Shown piece by piece: positions 24,860-38,171 of a stretch of DNA of 64,000 bases. The number at the start of each line of letters is the position of its first letter. Position 1 is the stretch's first letter. Origin of the DNA: Hemiscyllium ocellatum (taxonomy: Eukaryota); the NCBI RefSeq assembly GCF_020745735.1, contig NC_083444.1, forward strand, positions 7,694,338-7,758,337. The letters run 5' to 3'. Below the pieces are notes generated by a model that saw only the letters and a program-made list of their open reading frames with translations, ran no database searches and was not told the DNA's origin. A program made the translations under genes and the position numbers.

Positions 24860-25570
24860 AGACAGACTGATGGGCAGAGAGCCAGAGAGATAGGGTGGGG
24901 AGATAGAGAGAGAGGGAATGAGAGACAGGGGGAGAAAGAGAGCGCGAGAGGATGAGACAGAGAGGGAGAGGGATGGAAAGACAAAGAGAGGGAGAGGGAT
25001 GGAAAGAGAAAGAGAGGGAGAGACACAGAAAGAGAGAGGCAGAGAGAGGGGAGTGGTAGAGAAAGAGAGGCAGATAGAGAGGGCAGGAGAAATAGACAGA
25101 GAAAGAGAGAGAGGTGGGGAGACACAGAGACTGAGAAAGGGGGATAGAGAGAGAGAGCAGGAGAAACAGAGACAGCGAAAAAGAGACAAAGGAAGACACA
25201 TAGAGACTGAGTAAGGGGTAAAGGGGGACAGAGAGAGAGCCAGAGAGAGCAACAGCAGGAGAAAAAGAGAGAGAGGGAGGGATGGAGGGAGGGGGAGACA
25301 CGGATGGAGAGACAGAGAGAGAGAGAGAGAGGGAGCAGCAGAAAGACAGAGAGACATAGACGGAAGTGAGTGAGAGATAGAAAGACAGAGAGAGGAAGAC
25401 TCAGAGACAGAGAGGAATAGATGGAGACAGAGAGCACGGGAGATAAAGCGAGGGAGAGAGAAAGGCACAGAGGGTAGCAAGAGACAGAGCGACAAAGAGA
25501 AATTGAGAGAGACAAGAGACAGACAGAAAAAGTGAGACAGAGCCTGAGAGAGAATGAGTAAAGGAGAGTG
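24860..25570. repeat. GA-rich low-complexity tract
   Basis: Purine-only strand bias; the ORFs here are artefacts. Confidence 0.9.
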
Positions 25571-25866
25571 AGATAAATGGTGAGGGGGACAAAGTTGTTG
25601 GAAGGGGCATACTCTGGGATTTGAGGAGAGGGTGGTAATGGGGATGGGGGTTAGGAATGGGAATGAGGAATGGGGGATGGCGATGAGGAATGAGAAATGG
25701 GGATGGGTTTGGGGAAGGGGAGTTGGGGATGGGGTTGATGTTTGGGATGGGTTTGGGGAGTTGGAGAAGGGGATGGGGTTGGTGGTTTGGGGAATAAAGA
25801 GTCAGGATGGGATTTGAGAACTGGGGCACATTTGAGACCACCGTGTGCACGTGTTCCCCACTGCAG

Positions 25867-26072
25867 TGAATGTGATCTCGAGACCGATGATGGAGCTCAG
25901 CTGTTTCATCTCGCTCCTCTGCCTCGTCACCCTTGCCCTGGTTGCTGGCCTTGGAGATTCCGTCTGGATGAGATGGAAATTTTCCCAGAGAAGCCAGACT
26001 TACAACATCAGGCGTCACAAAGGGAACTTGCGGGTCGCTCGGAGAGGAGTCTCCTCAGTTTCAGTCATGTAG
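25867..26072 (+). CDS. Transmembrane plus short cytoplasmic terminal exon of gene 2
   Basis: Acceptor ccccactgcag; phase-1 frame VNVISRPMMELSCFISLLCLVTLALVAGLGDSVWMRWKFSQRSQTYNIRRHKGNLRVARRGVSSVSVM*. A hydrophobic segment is followed by a basic cluster. The four-exon CDS totals 675 nt (224 aa plus stop). Confidence 0.7.
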
Positions 26073-26467
26073 CGCACAAGTCAGACCCGGGCCCACTCCC
26101 CAGGCAAAGAGACCACTGTATTGGTATCAGTCCTCAAACTCTCCTCCCTCCACTCCCCAACCCCCCACTCCCTCCTCTCAACTTTCTCACCCCTCTCCCC
26201 ACTTCTCCTCATTCCCTGCTCTCCCTCCTCTCCCCACTCTTCAATTACCTACATTCACCTCAAGCTCTCTCACCCTCCTCTTCATCCTTCCCCTCTCTCT
26301 CCTCTTCACTCTGCCTCACCCTCACCCTCTCCCCCTTCCCTCACTCCCCTCTTCTGTTCCCTGACCCTCATTCACCTCTACCCCACACCTCTCACTGACC
26401 CTCACCCCTTCATTTCCTCCCTTTTCCTTTCAGCCCCACACACGTGGACACACACATACTCATATAC

Positions 26468-27378
26468 NNNNNNNNNNNNNNNNNNNNNNNNNNNNNNNNN
26501 NNNNNNNNNNNNNNNNNNNNNNNNNNNNNNNNNNNNNNNNNNNNNNNNNNNNNNNNNNNNNNNNNNNNNNNNNNNNNNNNNNNNNNNNNNNNNNNNNNNN
26601 NNNNNNNNNNNNNNNNNNNNNNNNNNNNNNNNNNNNNNNNNNNNNNNNNNNNNNNNNNNNNNNNNNNNNNNNNNNNNNNNNNNNNNNNNNNNNNNNNNNN
26701 NNNNNNNNNNNNNNNNNNNNNNNNNNNNNNNNNNNNNNNNNNNNNNNNNNNNNNNNNNNNNNNNNNNNNNNNNNNNNNNNNNNNNNNNNNNNNNNNNNNN
26801 NNNNNNNNNNNNNNNNNNNNNNNNNNNNNNNNNNNNNNNNNNNNNNNNNNNNNNNNNNNNNNNNNNNNNNNNNNNNNNNNNNNNNNNNNNNNNNNNNNNN
26901 NNNNNNNNNNNNNNNNNNNNNNNNNNNNNNNNNNNNNNNNNNNNNNNNNNNNNNNNNNNNNNNNNNNNNNNNNNNNNNNNNNNNNNNNNNNNNNNNNNNN
27001 NNNNNNNNNNNNNNNNNNNNNNNNNNNNNNNNNNNNNNNNNNNNNNNNNNNNNNNNNNNNNNNNNNNNNNNNNNNNNNNNNNNNNNNNNNNNNNNNNNNN
27101 NNNNNNNNNNNNNNNNNNNNNNNNNNNNNNNNNNNNNNNNNNNNNNNNNNNNNNNNNNNNNNNNNNNNNNNNNNNNNNNNNNNNNNNNNNNNNNNNNNNN
27201 NNNNNNNNNNNNNNNNNNNNNNNNNNNNNNNNNNNNNNNNNNNNNNNNNNNNNNNNNNNNNNNNNNNNNNNNNNNNNNNNNNNNNNNNNNNNNNNNNNNN
27301 NNNNNNNNNNNNNNNNNNNNNNNNNNNNNNNNNNNNNNNNNNNNNNNNNNNNNNNNNNNNNNNNNNNNNNNNNNNNNN
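26468..27378. other. Assembly gap (N) just 3' of the gene 2 terminal exon
   Basis: N run; could hide extra exons or 3'UTR. Confidence 1.
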
Positions 27379-27780
27379 ATTTTACTCTCTGCCCCCAGCT
27401 GACCACTTCCCAACCAGCAGAAATATTTCCTTTTTTTTAATTGACTGTACACGTTCTTCTGTATATTTTGGAAAGCTTTAATCAAATCAGCCCTTCACCA
27501 CCAAACATTGCAGAGCATGTAACCCTAGTTTGTAAACACTCTTTGTAACTTAACCTTTGGTGCCCAGGCATCATTCTATGCTGCATTCCCTCTGACATAT
27601 TTTGCATAAGAACTGCTCATAGGTGTCTACCTCTTGTATTTTAATTCTCAAGTTGAAAAAGATTGCATTCCACTAAACTGTTTTTTGCATTTACGCTCTA
27701 CCACAGCCTCTATTCCTGGGCCTCTCTGAGGCAACACTATGTACTGGGACCTCTTGTGGCTACTAAGGGAATTGTCAGAC

Positions 27781-28170
27781 TGTCATAGAGATGTACAGCA
27801 CAGAAACAGACCCTTCAGTCCACCTCAGCAATGCTGACCAGATATCCTAACCTAATCTAGTCTATTTGCCAGCATTTGGCCCATATTTCTCTAAACCCTT
27901 TTTATTTATATACCCATCCAGATGCCTTTTAAATGTAATTGTACCAGCCTCCATCACTTCCTCCTACAGCTCATTCCATATACATACCACCCTTTGTGTG
28001 AAAAGGCTGTCCCTTAGGTCCCTTTTAAATCTTTCCCCTCTCATCCTACACCACTGCCCTCTTGTTCTGTATTCCCCCACCTCAGGGAAAAGACCTTGGC
28101 TATTTATCCTATCCATGCCCCTCATGATTTTATAAACCTCTATAAGATCACCCCTCCAGGGAAAATACTT
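27781..28170 (-). mobile_element. CR1-type LINE 3' end
   Basis: Same 3' sequence as 6541-6900. Confidence 0.8.
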
Positions 28171-28529
28171 GCCTTGTGGAACTGAATTTTCCAGTGTTCA
28201 GACTCGATAAGATGATAGTAGGAGTTGAGAGACTCCTATCTGCACTCATTTAGGGGCAATTTCTGTCCCGACACAACAGGTTAAATCTATAATTTCAATT
28301 TCTTTGTAAGGTGAAAGTTTATAAAAGGATTGAAATGGCACCTATTGACAGTTCTCCCAACTGACACATGATGACGGAATCTAACAACGCAACCAATAAA
28401 CATGGTCCTCACATGTTTGTCCTGTTGCTATATTTCAATTTTTTTAAATGAAATGTCCAACATACAAGTAATCTGATCCCTAAACAAAACCAAACTCTGC
28501 TCATAATATTATCAATTTTTCATTTATTG

Positions 28530-29490
28530 CAGCCAAGAGGTACAGTTAGTAAGTTTGCAGATGATACCAAAATTGGAGGTGTAGTGGACAGCGAAGAGGG
28601 TTTTCTCAGATTACAACAGGATCTGGACCAGATGGGCCAGTGAACTGAGAAGTGGCAGATGGAGTTTGATTCAGATAAATGCAAGGTGCTGCATTTAGGG
28701 AAAGCAAATCTTAGCAGGACTTATACACTTAATGGTAAGGTCCTAGGGAGTGTTGCTGAACAAAGAGACCTTGGAGTGCAGGTTCATAGCTCCTTGAAAG
28801 TGGAGTTGCAGGTACATAGGATAGTGAAGAAGGCATTCGGTATGCTTTCCTTTATTGGTCAGAGCATTGAGGACAGGAGTTGGGAGGTCATGTTGCGGCT
28901 GTGCAGGACATTGGTTAGGACACTGTTGGAATATTGTATGCAATTCTTGTCTCTTCCTATTGGAAAGATGTTGTGAAACTTAAAAGGGTTCAAAAACGAT
29001 TTACAAGGATGTTGCCAGGGTTGGAGGATTTGAGCTATAGGGAGAGGCTGAACAGGCTGGGGCTGTTTTCCCTGGAGCATCGGAGACTGAGGGGTGAACT
29101 TGTAGAGGCTTAGAAAATTATGGGGGGCATGGATAGGATAAATAGACAAAGTCTTTTCCCTGGGATCGGGGAGTCCAGGACTAGAGGGCATAGGGTTAGG
29201 GTGAGAGGGGAAAGATATAAAAGAGACCTATGGGGCAACATTTTCATGCAGAGGATGGCATGGGTATGGAATGAGCTGCCAGACAAAGTGGTGGAGGCTG
29301 GTACAATTGCAACATTTAAGAGGCATTTGGATGGGTATATGAATAGGAAGGGTTTGGAGGGATGTGGGCCGGGCGCTGGCAGGTGGGACTAGATTGGGTT
29401 GGGATATCTGGTCGGCATGGATGAGTTGGACCGAAGGGTCTGTTTCCCTGCTGTACATCTCTATGACTCTATGACTCTATGACTCTATGA
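28530..29490 (+). mobile_element. CR1-type LINE 3' fragment with tandem (CTATGACT)n tail
   Basis: KFADDTKIGG-type RT motif, EQRDLGVQVH and WVWNELP; tail repeats at ~29459-29490. Confidence 0.88.
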
Positions 29491-30721
29491 CGGCTTTGGC
29501 ATTCAGTTAATTGCACTCTAACCTCTTAGTCTGGAGGGTTGGGGTACAAATCCCATGTTAAGTGTCTTGTGTATAAAGCTCTAGATTGGGTCTCCCTGGT
29601 ACATTGGTGATGGAATGTTGCAGAGTTGGAGGGAATAAAAGCTGCAGATGCTGGAATCCAAGGTAAACAGGCAGGGGGCTTGAAGAAACCAACAGCTTCA
29701 GGAGGTGGAGAAGTCAACCTTTCAGGTATAACCCTTCTTCAGGTCCAGGGGTGGGGGTAGGGGAGCTGCAGATAAAGGGAGGGGATGGTGGAGCGGGGGA
29801 GAGTTTTGGGTGGAGGGAGGTAATAGTGAGGTAGTGATAGGTGAATGCAGGTTGGAGGTGCTGTTTTTCAGAGGAGACATTGTACTGAAATTACACCTAT
29901 TTTCACAGGCTGGAATAAAATTCTCGTGTGGGTGCATCTTTATGCTGAGCCCTTATCCAAACATGTTTGTTTATTACTAAGATCCGTTCAGTAGGGTGGC
30001 AGGGTGGCTCAGTGGTTAGCACTGCTGCCTCACGGCACCAGCGTCCCAGATTTGATTCCAGCCTCGGGCGACTGTCTGTGTGGAGTTTGCACATTCTCCC
30101 TGTGTCTGTGAGGGTCTGCTCCGGTTTCCTCCCACAGCCCAAAGGTAAGCAGACGAGGTGAATTGGCCGTGCTAAAATTGCCTATAGTGCTAGATGCATC
30201 ATTCAAGGGGAAATGGGTCTGGGTGGGGTTACTGTTTGGAGGGTTGGTTTGGGCTGAAGGGCCTGTTTCCACACTGTAGGGAATCTAATCTAAAAACAAA
30301 ATCAGCAATTCCTATTGAACACCTCTGACCTTCGAGAACTTGCTCTGAAGCCGTTTTTGCTAACTGTTCTATAAATAACCCACTTAAGATGCTAGAATGT
30401 AACCAATCCAGATGAGTCACGTCACCTCTTGCTTGGGAGAAAACATAACTATTATAAATTTGCAACATCCATACTTCCTTCCTCTCACTGATGATTCAGC
30501 ATCAGGTGACACTTGGTCAAGCAAGTGAATTCCAAGTTTACATTTAAATCAGCTGTCAGCGTTGAAAACTGGACGATATAAACAGCCCCTGATTTACACA
30601 GTATCACACTGTAACAGCCGACTCCCTCAAATGGAGATTCATGTCAACAACCTCTTTTATAACACAGCTCTCCGTTCAGAGGAAGTTCACTCAAAGGGTC
30701 GCTAAATGAAAGTAGTTTTCC

Positions 30722-31585
30722 AATGAGAATCGGATTGAGTGTAGGACATGTTGTGGCCGTACAGGACATTGGTTAGGCCACTTTCGAAGTGAAGTGCGCA
30801 ATTCTGGTCTTCCCTGCTGTAGGAAAAAGCTTGTGAAACTTTAAAAGATTCAGAAAACATTTACAAGGATGTTGCCAGGGTTAGAGGGGTTGAGCTACAG
30901 GAAGAGGCTGAATAGGCTGGAATATTTTCCTTAGAACATCAAAGGCTGAGGAGTCACCTTACAGAGTTTTATAAAGTCATGAGGGACATGAACAGGGTGA
31001 ATAGCCAATGTCTTTTTCCCTGTGGTAAAGGAATCAAAAGCTATAGAAGGCATAGGTGGCACAGTGGCGTAGTAGTTAGCACTACTGCCTCACAGCACCA
31101 GGGTCCCAGCTTCAATTCCAGCCTCAGGTGTCTGTGTGGAGTTTGCACATCCTCCTTGTGTTTGCGTGGGTTTCCTCCCACAGTCCAAAGGTGAATTGGC
31201 CATGCTAAATTACCCCATAGTGTTGGGTCAATTAGTCAGAGGGAAATGGGTCTGTGGGTCCAATTAGTCAGAGGGTCAGTGTGGACTGGTTGGGCCGAAG
31301 GGCCCTTTTCCACACTGTATGAAATCTAACCTAGATCTAAAAGGGACCTGAGGGGACAATGTTTTCATGCAGAGGGTGGTGCGTGTATGGAATGAGCTGT
31401 CTGAAGAGGTGGTGGAGGCTAGTACAATTACAGCATTTAACAGGCATCTGGGTGGGTGTATGAATAGGAAGGGTTTAGAGGGATATGGGCCAAGTGCTGG
31501 CAAATGAGTCTAGATTAATTTAGGATATCTGGTTGGCATGGACGAGTTGTCTGTTTCCATGCTGTACGTTTCTATGACTCTGTAA
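30722..31585 (+). mobile_element. CR1 fragment interrupted by a SINE (~31057-31335)
   Basis: CR1 RT C-terminal sequence resumes after the SINE (ctaaaagggacctgagggg...). Confidence 0.75.
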
Positions 31586-33461
31586 TAAACACTGGAGAGG
31601 GTTTAGAGAGCCGAGTTACCAAGATGTTGCCCTGTGTGGACAGATTTACCAGGACGTTGGCTGGGCTGAAGAGTATCAGTTATGAAGAGAGTTTGGCCGG
31701 ACTGGGGTTGTGCTTCTTGGAGCAGACAGGGACATGATTGAGATGGATAAAATGTTAAGGAGCACAGATTGAAAGTAAGGGGCAAGAGGATTAGAGGGAA
31801 TGTGGGGAAAGTGGTTTCATCCAGAGGGGCTGTTGGGAATCTGAAACTCACCAGTTGGAAGGGGGGCGGTAGAAACTGAAACCCTCATAACATTTAAGAA
31901 GTAAATGGGTCAAAGGGCCTGCCCCTGTGCTTTACTGTCTACATTTCAAACATTGAAATGAGCACTTGATTAGATTAGAGTCCCTACAGTGCAGAAACAG
32001 GCCCTTCGGCCCAACAAGTCCGTACCGATCCTCCGAAGAGTAACCCACCTGCCTCTTACTAATGCACCTAACACTATGGACAATTTAGCGTGGCCAATTC
32101 ACTTGACCTGCACATCTTTGGAATGTGGGAGGAAACCCGTGCAGACACGTGGAGAACGTGCAAGCTCCACACAGACAGTTGTCCAAGGGTGGAATCAAAT
32201 CTGGGACCCTTGTGCTGTGAGGTAGCAGTGCTAACCACTGTTGCCACCCCAAGGCAAGTGCTGAGAAATGGGGTTAGAATCGTTGGGTGGTTGCTTTTTG
32301 ATTGGCCGAAGTGAGCCTTTTTTTCTGAGCTGTATGGAGCTCTCAGACTCTACAAGGGAAGGTGAAACAGGTCCCTGACTTTAGGAAGTCCACGACTCTA
32401 GCTACTGCAGTTCACAAGGATGGCTCAGCATTGTGTTTTCAGGGGTCAGAGACAATGGAACATGGCGGAACATGGTAAACTGTAGGCAAGCCACTGAGAT
32501 GATGTCATCCCCCCAGCCCAACCTCGCTTGTTCAAAAGAGGCCTTTAATGACCAATTGACTGGGCCTCAGTTTAACATCCCACATCCAAAAGGGAGTGGC
32601 CAGTGGCATGTTCTCACATGTTCTCCTGCTTAAGCCATGGTCAATGGATTTGACCATGTTACCATGGAATCTTAACTGTCTCTGAAGCCTCGTGTAGCCC
32701 CAGACTTTTCAGTTATGATACCACCTCTGGGATTCCCTCCCCGTCTCTCTCTCTCTCTCTATCTCAGCATCGCTCCTTAAGACCAATGTCTGGAACCAAA
32801 TATTTTGCCACATCCTCCATCACCACTTTGTGTGGCTTGGAGACAAACATCATCCAGCAATAGAAATAGGAACAGCAGCAGGTCATTCAGCCCCTTGGGC
32901 CTCCGCCGCAATATGATAGGATCATGGCTGACTCAAAGTTCCTCACATCCATCTTCCTGCTGTAACCCTTGATCAAGAATCTAACAGTTTCAGTCTTAAA
33001 TATACACAAGGACTCTGCCTCCATGGCCCCCCCTCTGCGGCAATGAGTTCCAAATACTATAACCCTCTGAGAGAAGAGATTCCTCATTATCTCGTGCTTA
33101 AAATGGTGCTCCATTACTGTGTCCCCGGTCCTGAACTCTCCCATGACATGACGTGTCCGCTGAGATCATTCCTGTGAAATATTTTGGCATGCTACATGAA
33201 TGCGGAGTGTTGTTGTTGCATTCCCACTCCACCAGCCCCTCACCCCACCTTCCCATGTGAATTTATCTTTAAAACATTTGATTAGCACCGTACTGCTGAA
33301 TGTTTACCGACTGAACCTTAAAGACCCCGGGAAAGGGATGTTAGAGGCCACGGGTAGATCAAAACCTTACTTCTGACAGTAAGGTTGGTCTCTCATTCAG
33401 CTCAACTCCAACAGATACAAGATGCAGAACACTTTGCTCATTAGATAACAAGGCAATATGG

Positions 33462-34995
33462 TTCGTCAGTTTGCAGATGTCACCAAAATTGGTGGTCTAG
33501 TGGAGAGTGAGGAAGGTTACCTCTGACTACAATGGGACCTTGATCTGACGGGCTGAGGAATGGCAGATAGATTTTAATGTAGATAAATGTGAGGTGCTGC
33601 ATTTTAGTAATAAAAACCAGGGCAGGACTTATACACTTAATATTAGGGTCCTGGGGAGTGTTGCTGAACAAAGAGACCTTGGAGTGCAGGTTCATAGCTC
33701 CTTGAAGGTGGAGTCACAGGTAAACAGGATAGTGAAGGAGGTATTTGATATGCTTGCCTTTATTGGTCAGTGCATTGAGTACAGGAGTTGGGAGGTCAAG
33801 TTACATCTCTACAGGATATTGGTTAGGCCACTTGCATTCAATTCTGGTCTCCTTGCTATAGGAAAGATGTTGTTAAGCTTGAGAGGGTGGAGAAAAGATT
33901 TACAAGGATGTTGCCGGTACTGGAGGGTTTGAGCCACAGGGAGATGCTGAATAGACGGGGGTTATTTTCCCTGTGGCATCGGAGGCCGAGGGATGACTTT
34001 ATAGAGGTTTATGAAATCATGAGGGGCATGGATAGGGCAAATAGTCAAGGTCTTTTTCCACAGGGTTGGGGAGTCAAACATTAGAGGGCATAGGTTTAGG
34101 GTGAGAGGGGAAAGATTTGAAAGGGACCTAAGGGGTAACTTTTTCACACAGAGGGTGGTTCATGTATGGAGCAAATTGCCAGAGGAAGTGGCTGGTACAA
34201 TTACAACAATCAAAAGGCATCTGGATGGGTACATGAATAGGAAGGGTTGAGAGGGATAAGGGCTAAAAGCTGTTTGGACTCAGACCAGACCCCCTCAAAC
34301 ATTCAAAGAAGTAGCTCAGACCCAAACTTTGCGAGTTGTTTTAAGCAGGTGTAAACAGGGAGTGATGCAGCTGGTCAAACCACTCAGTTTTAAACAAAAC
34401 AGCATTTATTTCCAAGATTACCGAATGAAGCACAAGCGAAAGAGAACAGAGTACAGAAAAACTTAACCTATCCGAAAACCCAGCAGATTATACCAACTTA
34501 AGGATGCAGCTCCCAATATGTGCAACAATCCCCAAAAATACCCCTTGGCACAAAAGATAAAGTCAAACATAAGAATTTACAGGAGAGAGAGAGTTAGCTG
34601 AAAAAACACCTCTTCCATGTAGCAATTCCATGTAGCCTCGAACTGCCTGACTGATTTCAGTGAATAGCCAACTTGCCAAAACCAAATCAAACCAGAGAAA
34701 AACTGAGCTGGGAGAAATTGCCACTCCCCTTTCATTGTACAAGTGTTCTTTCTCAATGTAAAAGCTTTGTGCCTGAGGCAGTATCCGTTAGCTATAATCA
34801 GATTGGCCCTAAAACCCATACTTTTCTCCAAACATGTCTTAACAACCTCCTGAAAAATAAACTAAGAACAACAGAATCTTGTTAGAGGAGCAGCATCGTC
34901 ACAAACAGGGCTTGTTTAGTTTGGGATATCTGGTCAGCAAGGCCAAGTTGGGCTGAAGGGGTCTGTTTCTGTGCAGTATGGCTCTATGACTCTGT
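33462..34995 (+). mobile_element. CR1 fragment interrupted near its 3' end by a 633-bp insert
   Basis: CR1 RT motifs at 33462-34270; tail resumes at 34904-34995. Confidence 0.8.
34271..34903 (-). mobile_element. Probable solo LTR nested in CR1
   Basis: TG...CA termini (tgtttgg...cgtcaca), non-CR1 internal sequence, AATAAA on the minus strand. No clean target-site duplication seen. Confidence 0.45.
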
Positions 34996-37269
34996 CTCTA
35001 TTTCTGGGAAACTGAAAAAGTGTGTGTGTGTGACAGAAAAAGAGAAAGGGAAGGAGGGAAAGAGAAAGACAGAAGAAAGGTTGAATTGCATGATATTACA
35101 TGCTCAGAGAAGAGCTGGTAAGACAGAGTGAGGAGGGGAGGAGTGGGGCGGCAAATTATTGATTACCCTCACTTCTGAAAATCTGGGAATCTCACCACTG
35201 ACTGAGGAAGAATGCCCGGATTCATAAGTGAAAGCAAAGAAACGCAGCATTGATGTCATAACATCAGAAAATGTCTGCTTCCTTCTGAAAACTTATTGGG
35301 CAAGAGAGTCACAGGACACTGGTGTGACTGTGGCTTTACTTCACACGCTTTGGATGATTAAGCATCATGTTACAACTGAGGTTTCCATGAACTGCTTTTC
35401 CAGTCCATCATAAACCCCCGAGTGCCACTGGGGCACTCCCTGGAACGTCAAAGGAGGGAGTCCTGCTTTCAACTTGTAACCCTCTGAGTCAGAATGTCAA
35501 TGGGTTCAAGTCCCACCCAAAGATTTCAGTCAAAACACACAGCTGCCAATGTTGTTTCAAAACAGAGGCTTTTCATTTATAGTATGAAGTCCATCCTTCC
35601 CCACTGTTATTAGACCTACGAACAGACCTCTTATATATTATTTTCTGCACCTTCTCTGCGGCTGTAACCCTATATTCTGCATTCTGTTCGATTACCCTGA
35701 CGTACTTATGTAAGGTATGATGTGTCTGGATAGCTCGCAAAATAAGCTTGTACAACAATAAATAAAATCAATTTAAAAATGCACAGTTTATGTCCCAATT
35801 TATGCACAGCAGGTTCCCCTAATCTAGTCAATTTTGGATTGAGGGATGAACATAAAACATACAAGCAAGAACAGACCACCTTGAGCCTGCTCCACCATTC
35901 AATAAAATCATGGCTGATCTTTTTCATGAACTCACTTTTTCACGAACATACTTTGTCATGAAGTAAGTTTGCAGATGACACCAAAATTGGAGGTGTAGTG
36001 GACAGCGAAGAGGGTTACCTCAGACTACAGGTGGCACAGTGGCTCAGTGGTTAGCACTGCTGCCTCACAGTACCATGGACCCAGGTTCGGTTCCTGCCTT
36101 GGGTGACTGTCTGTGTGGAGTTTGCACATTCTCCCTGTGTCTGTGTGGGTTTGCTCTGGTTTCCTCCCACAATTCAAAGATGTGCAGATCAGGTAAATTG
36201 GCCATGCAAAATTGCCCCCTAATGGTAAACTGACCATTAGTCAGGGGTAAATATGGGGTAGGGGAATGCGTCTGGATGGGTTGCTCTTCAGAGTTGTTTA
36301 GCTGTAGGCCTGTTTCCATACTGTAGGGAATCTAATTGGGTTGGGGTTTCTGGTTGGCATGGACAAGTTGGACCGAAGGGTCTGTTTCCGTGCTGTACAT
36401 CTCTGTGACTCAATAACTCAGCTCCACTTACCCGCCCACTCACCATGACCCTTACTTCCTTTCCTGTTCAAAAGTCTGTCTTTGCCTTAAAAGCATTCAA
36501 CGAGGCAACCTCAACTGCTTTCCTGGGCAGGGAATTCCACGGATTCACAACTCTTTGGGGGAAGACGTTCCTCCTCAACTCAGCCCCAAATCTGCTCCCC
36601 TTCATTCTGAGGCTGTGCCCCCTCATTCTAGTTTCACCCACCAGTGGAAACAAACTTCCTGCTTCTGTCTTATGTATCTCGTTCGTCATTTTATATGTTT
36701 CCACAAGATCCTTCCTCATTCTTCTAAATTCCAATGAGTATAGTCCCAGTCTGCTCAATCTCTCCTCGTTACCAATCCTCTCAACTCTGGAATCAACCTC
36801 GTGAACCTCCTCTGCACCCCCTCCAGTGCCAGTACATCCACTGCTTAAGGACACTGGAAAGGACACATTTGCTGTTCATGTCAGCGCAGCCAGTCAAGTG
36901 GATTAGATGAAGTCTCATCTCGGGAAACAGCATAGTCAACAGTGAGTGTGGTATTGTAAGGAGTCAGCCTGTTTTATCTGTTCAGCTCTTTGGAGTGGGG
37001 CTTCAATGCTTCGGCTTTCATCCCAGGAGCTGGAAAGACACCCATCCATTCACAAGCACAGCCCCTCAATAGTTCAAACTCATTCAGAGTCTGGCCTGCC
37101 CAACTCCAATAGATGGGCAAGGTCATATGGCATGTGTTTCAAGATCAGACGAGTTCTTCCTGTGAACCGTAGGCTAGAATTTTAAAACAGCAAGGCGCCT
37201 CCTGACTCCTGAATACTGAAGGGAGTAACTCACCTCCTGACTCCCCGAACCCAGCAATAACTCACCTCC

Positions 37270-37830
37270 TGACTCCACAAATATTACACCTCCTGACTCC
37301 CCAAAGCCTGTCCACCATCGACAAGGCACAACTCAGGAGGGTGAGGGAATACTGTCCACTTGCCTGGATGGGGCCAGCTCCAACAATACTCAAAAAGCTC
37401 GACATCGTCCAGGATAAAGCAATGCCCGCTTGATTGGCACCACATCCACGAACATTTACTCCCTCCACCATCGACGCTCAGTACCAACAGTAGAATCTAT
37501 AAGATGCGCTGCAATATACTCACCAAAGATGTTCTGACAGTATCTACCAAACCTGCAATTTCTTCCATCTAGGACGACAAGGGCAGAAGATACATGGGAA
37601 TACCAGCCCCTGCAAGATATCCTCTGAGCCACTCACCATCCCAACTTGGAAATATATCGGCCGTTCCTTCGGTGTCACTGGGTCAGAATTCTGCAACTCC
37701 CTCCCTAGCAGCACCGAATGGGTTTCCCTACACAACACGGACTGCAACGGTTCAGTTAGGGAGCTCACCCCCCCACCTTCTCAAGGATCAATTAGGGATG
37801 GGGCCATAAATGCTGGGCCCAGCCAGAGAC
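37270..37830 (+). mobile_element. LINE 3' fragment (L2/CR1 clade, separate family)
   Basis: EYCPLAWM...KLDIVQDKA-like C-terminal motif. Related copies at ~4557-4780(-), ~46440-46790(-), ~50630-51145 and ~51965-52330. Confidence 0.65.
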
Positions 37831-38171
37831 ACCTCCAACCAGTGAGAAAAATAAACAAAGGACACTCCCCTCCCACTTCTAACCTATTGTCAGGTAATAA
37901 CTCCTCCTGCCAGTTGGAAAAAGAGAAATGAGGTTGAGATACATATCAGTTATGATCAAATGGCGGAACACACCTGATGGGCCAAATGGCCTAATTCTCC
38001 ATAGAATCCCTACTGTGTGAGAACAGGCTATACAGCCTAACAAGTCCACACCAAACCATCCCCTGTGACCCTACATTTCCCATGGCTAAAGCCACTTAAC
38101 TTACATACCTCTGAACACAATGGGGCAATTTAGCACAGCCAATCCACCCTAACCTACACATCTTTGGAGGT

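Noticed and set aside
24795-25515. Long ORFs in GA/CT low-complexity tract
   Set aside because: Compositional artefacts of simple repeats.
26121-27485. 300-440 aa ORFs in the ORF track
   Set aside because: Artefacts of reading through the N gap.
32443-32474. 32-nt micro-exon candidate GVRDNGTWRNM resembling the stalk exon
   Set aside because: Phase 1-0, only ~10 nt of identity and no parent gene.
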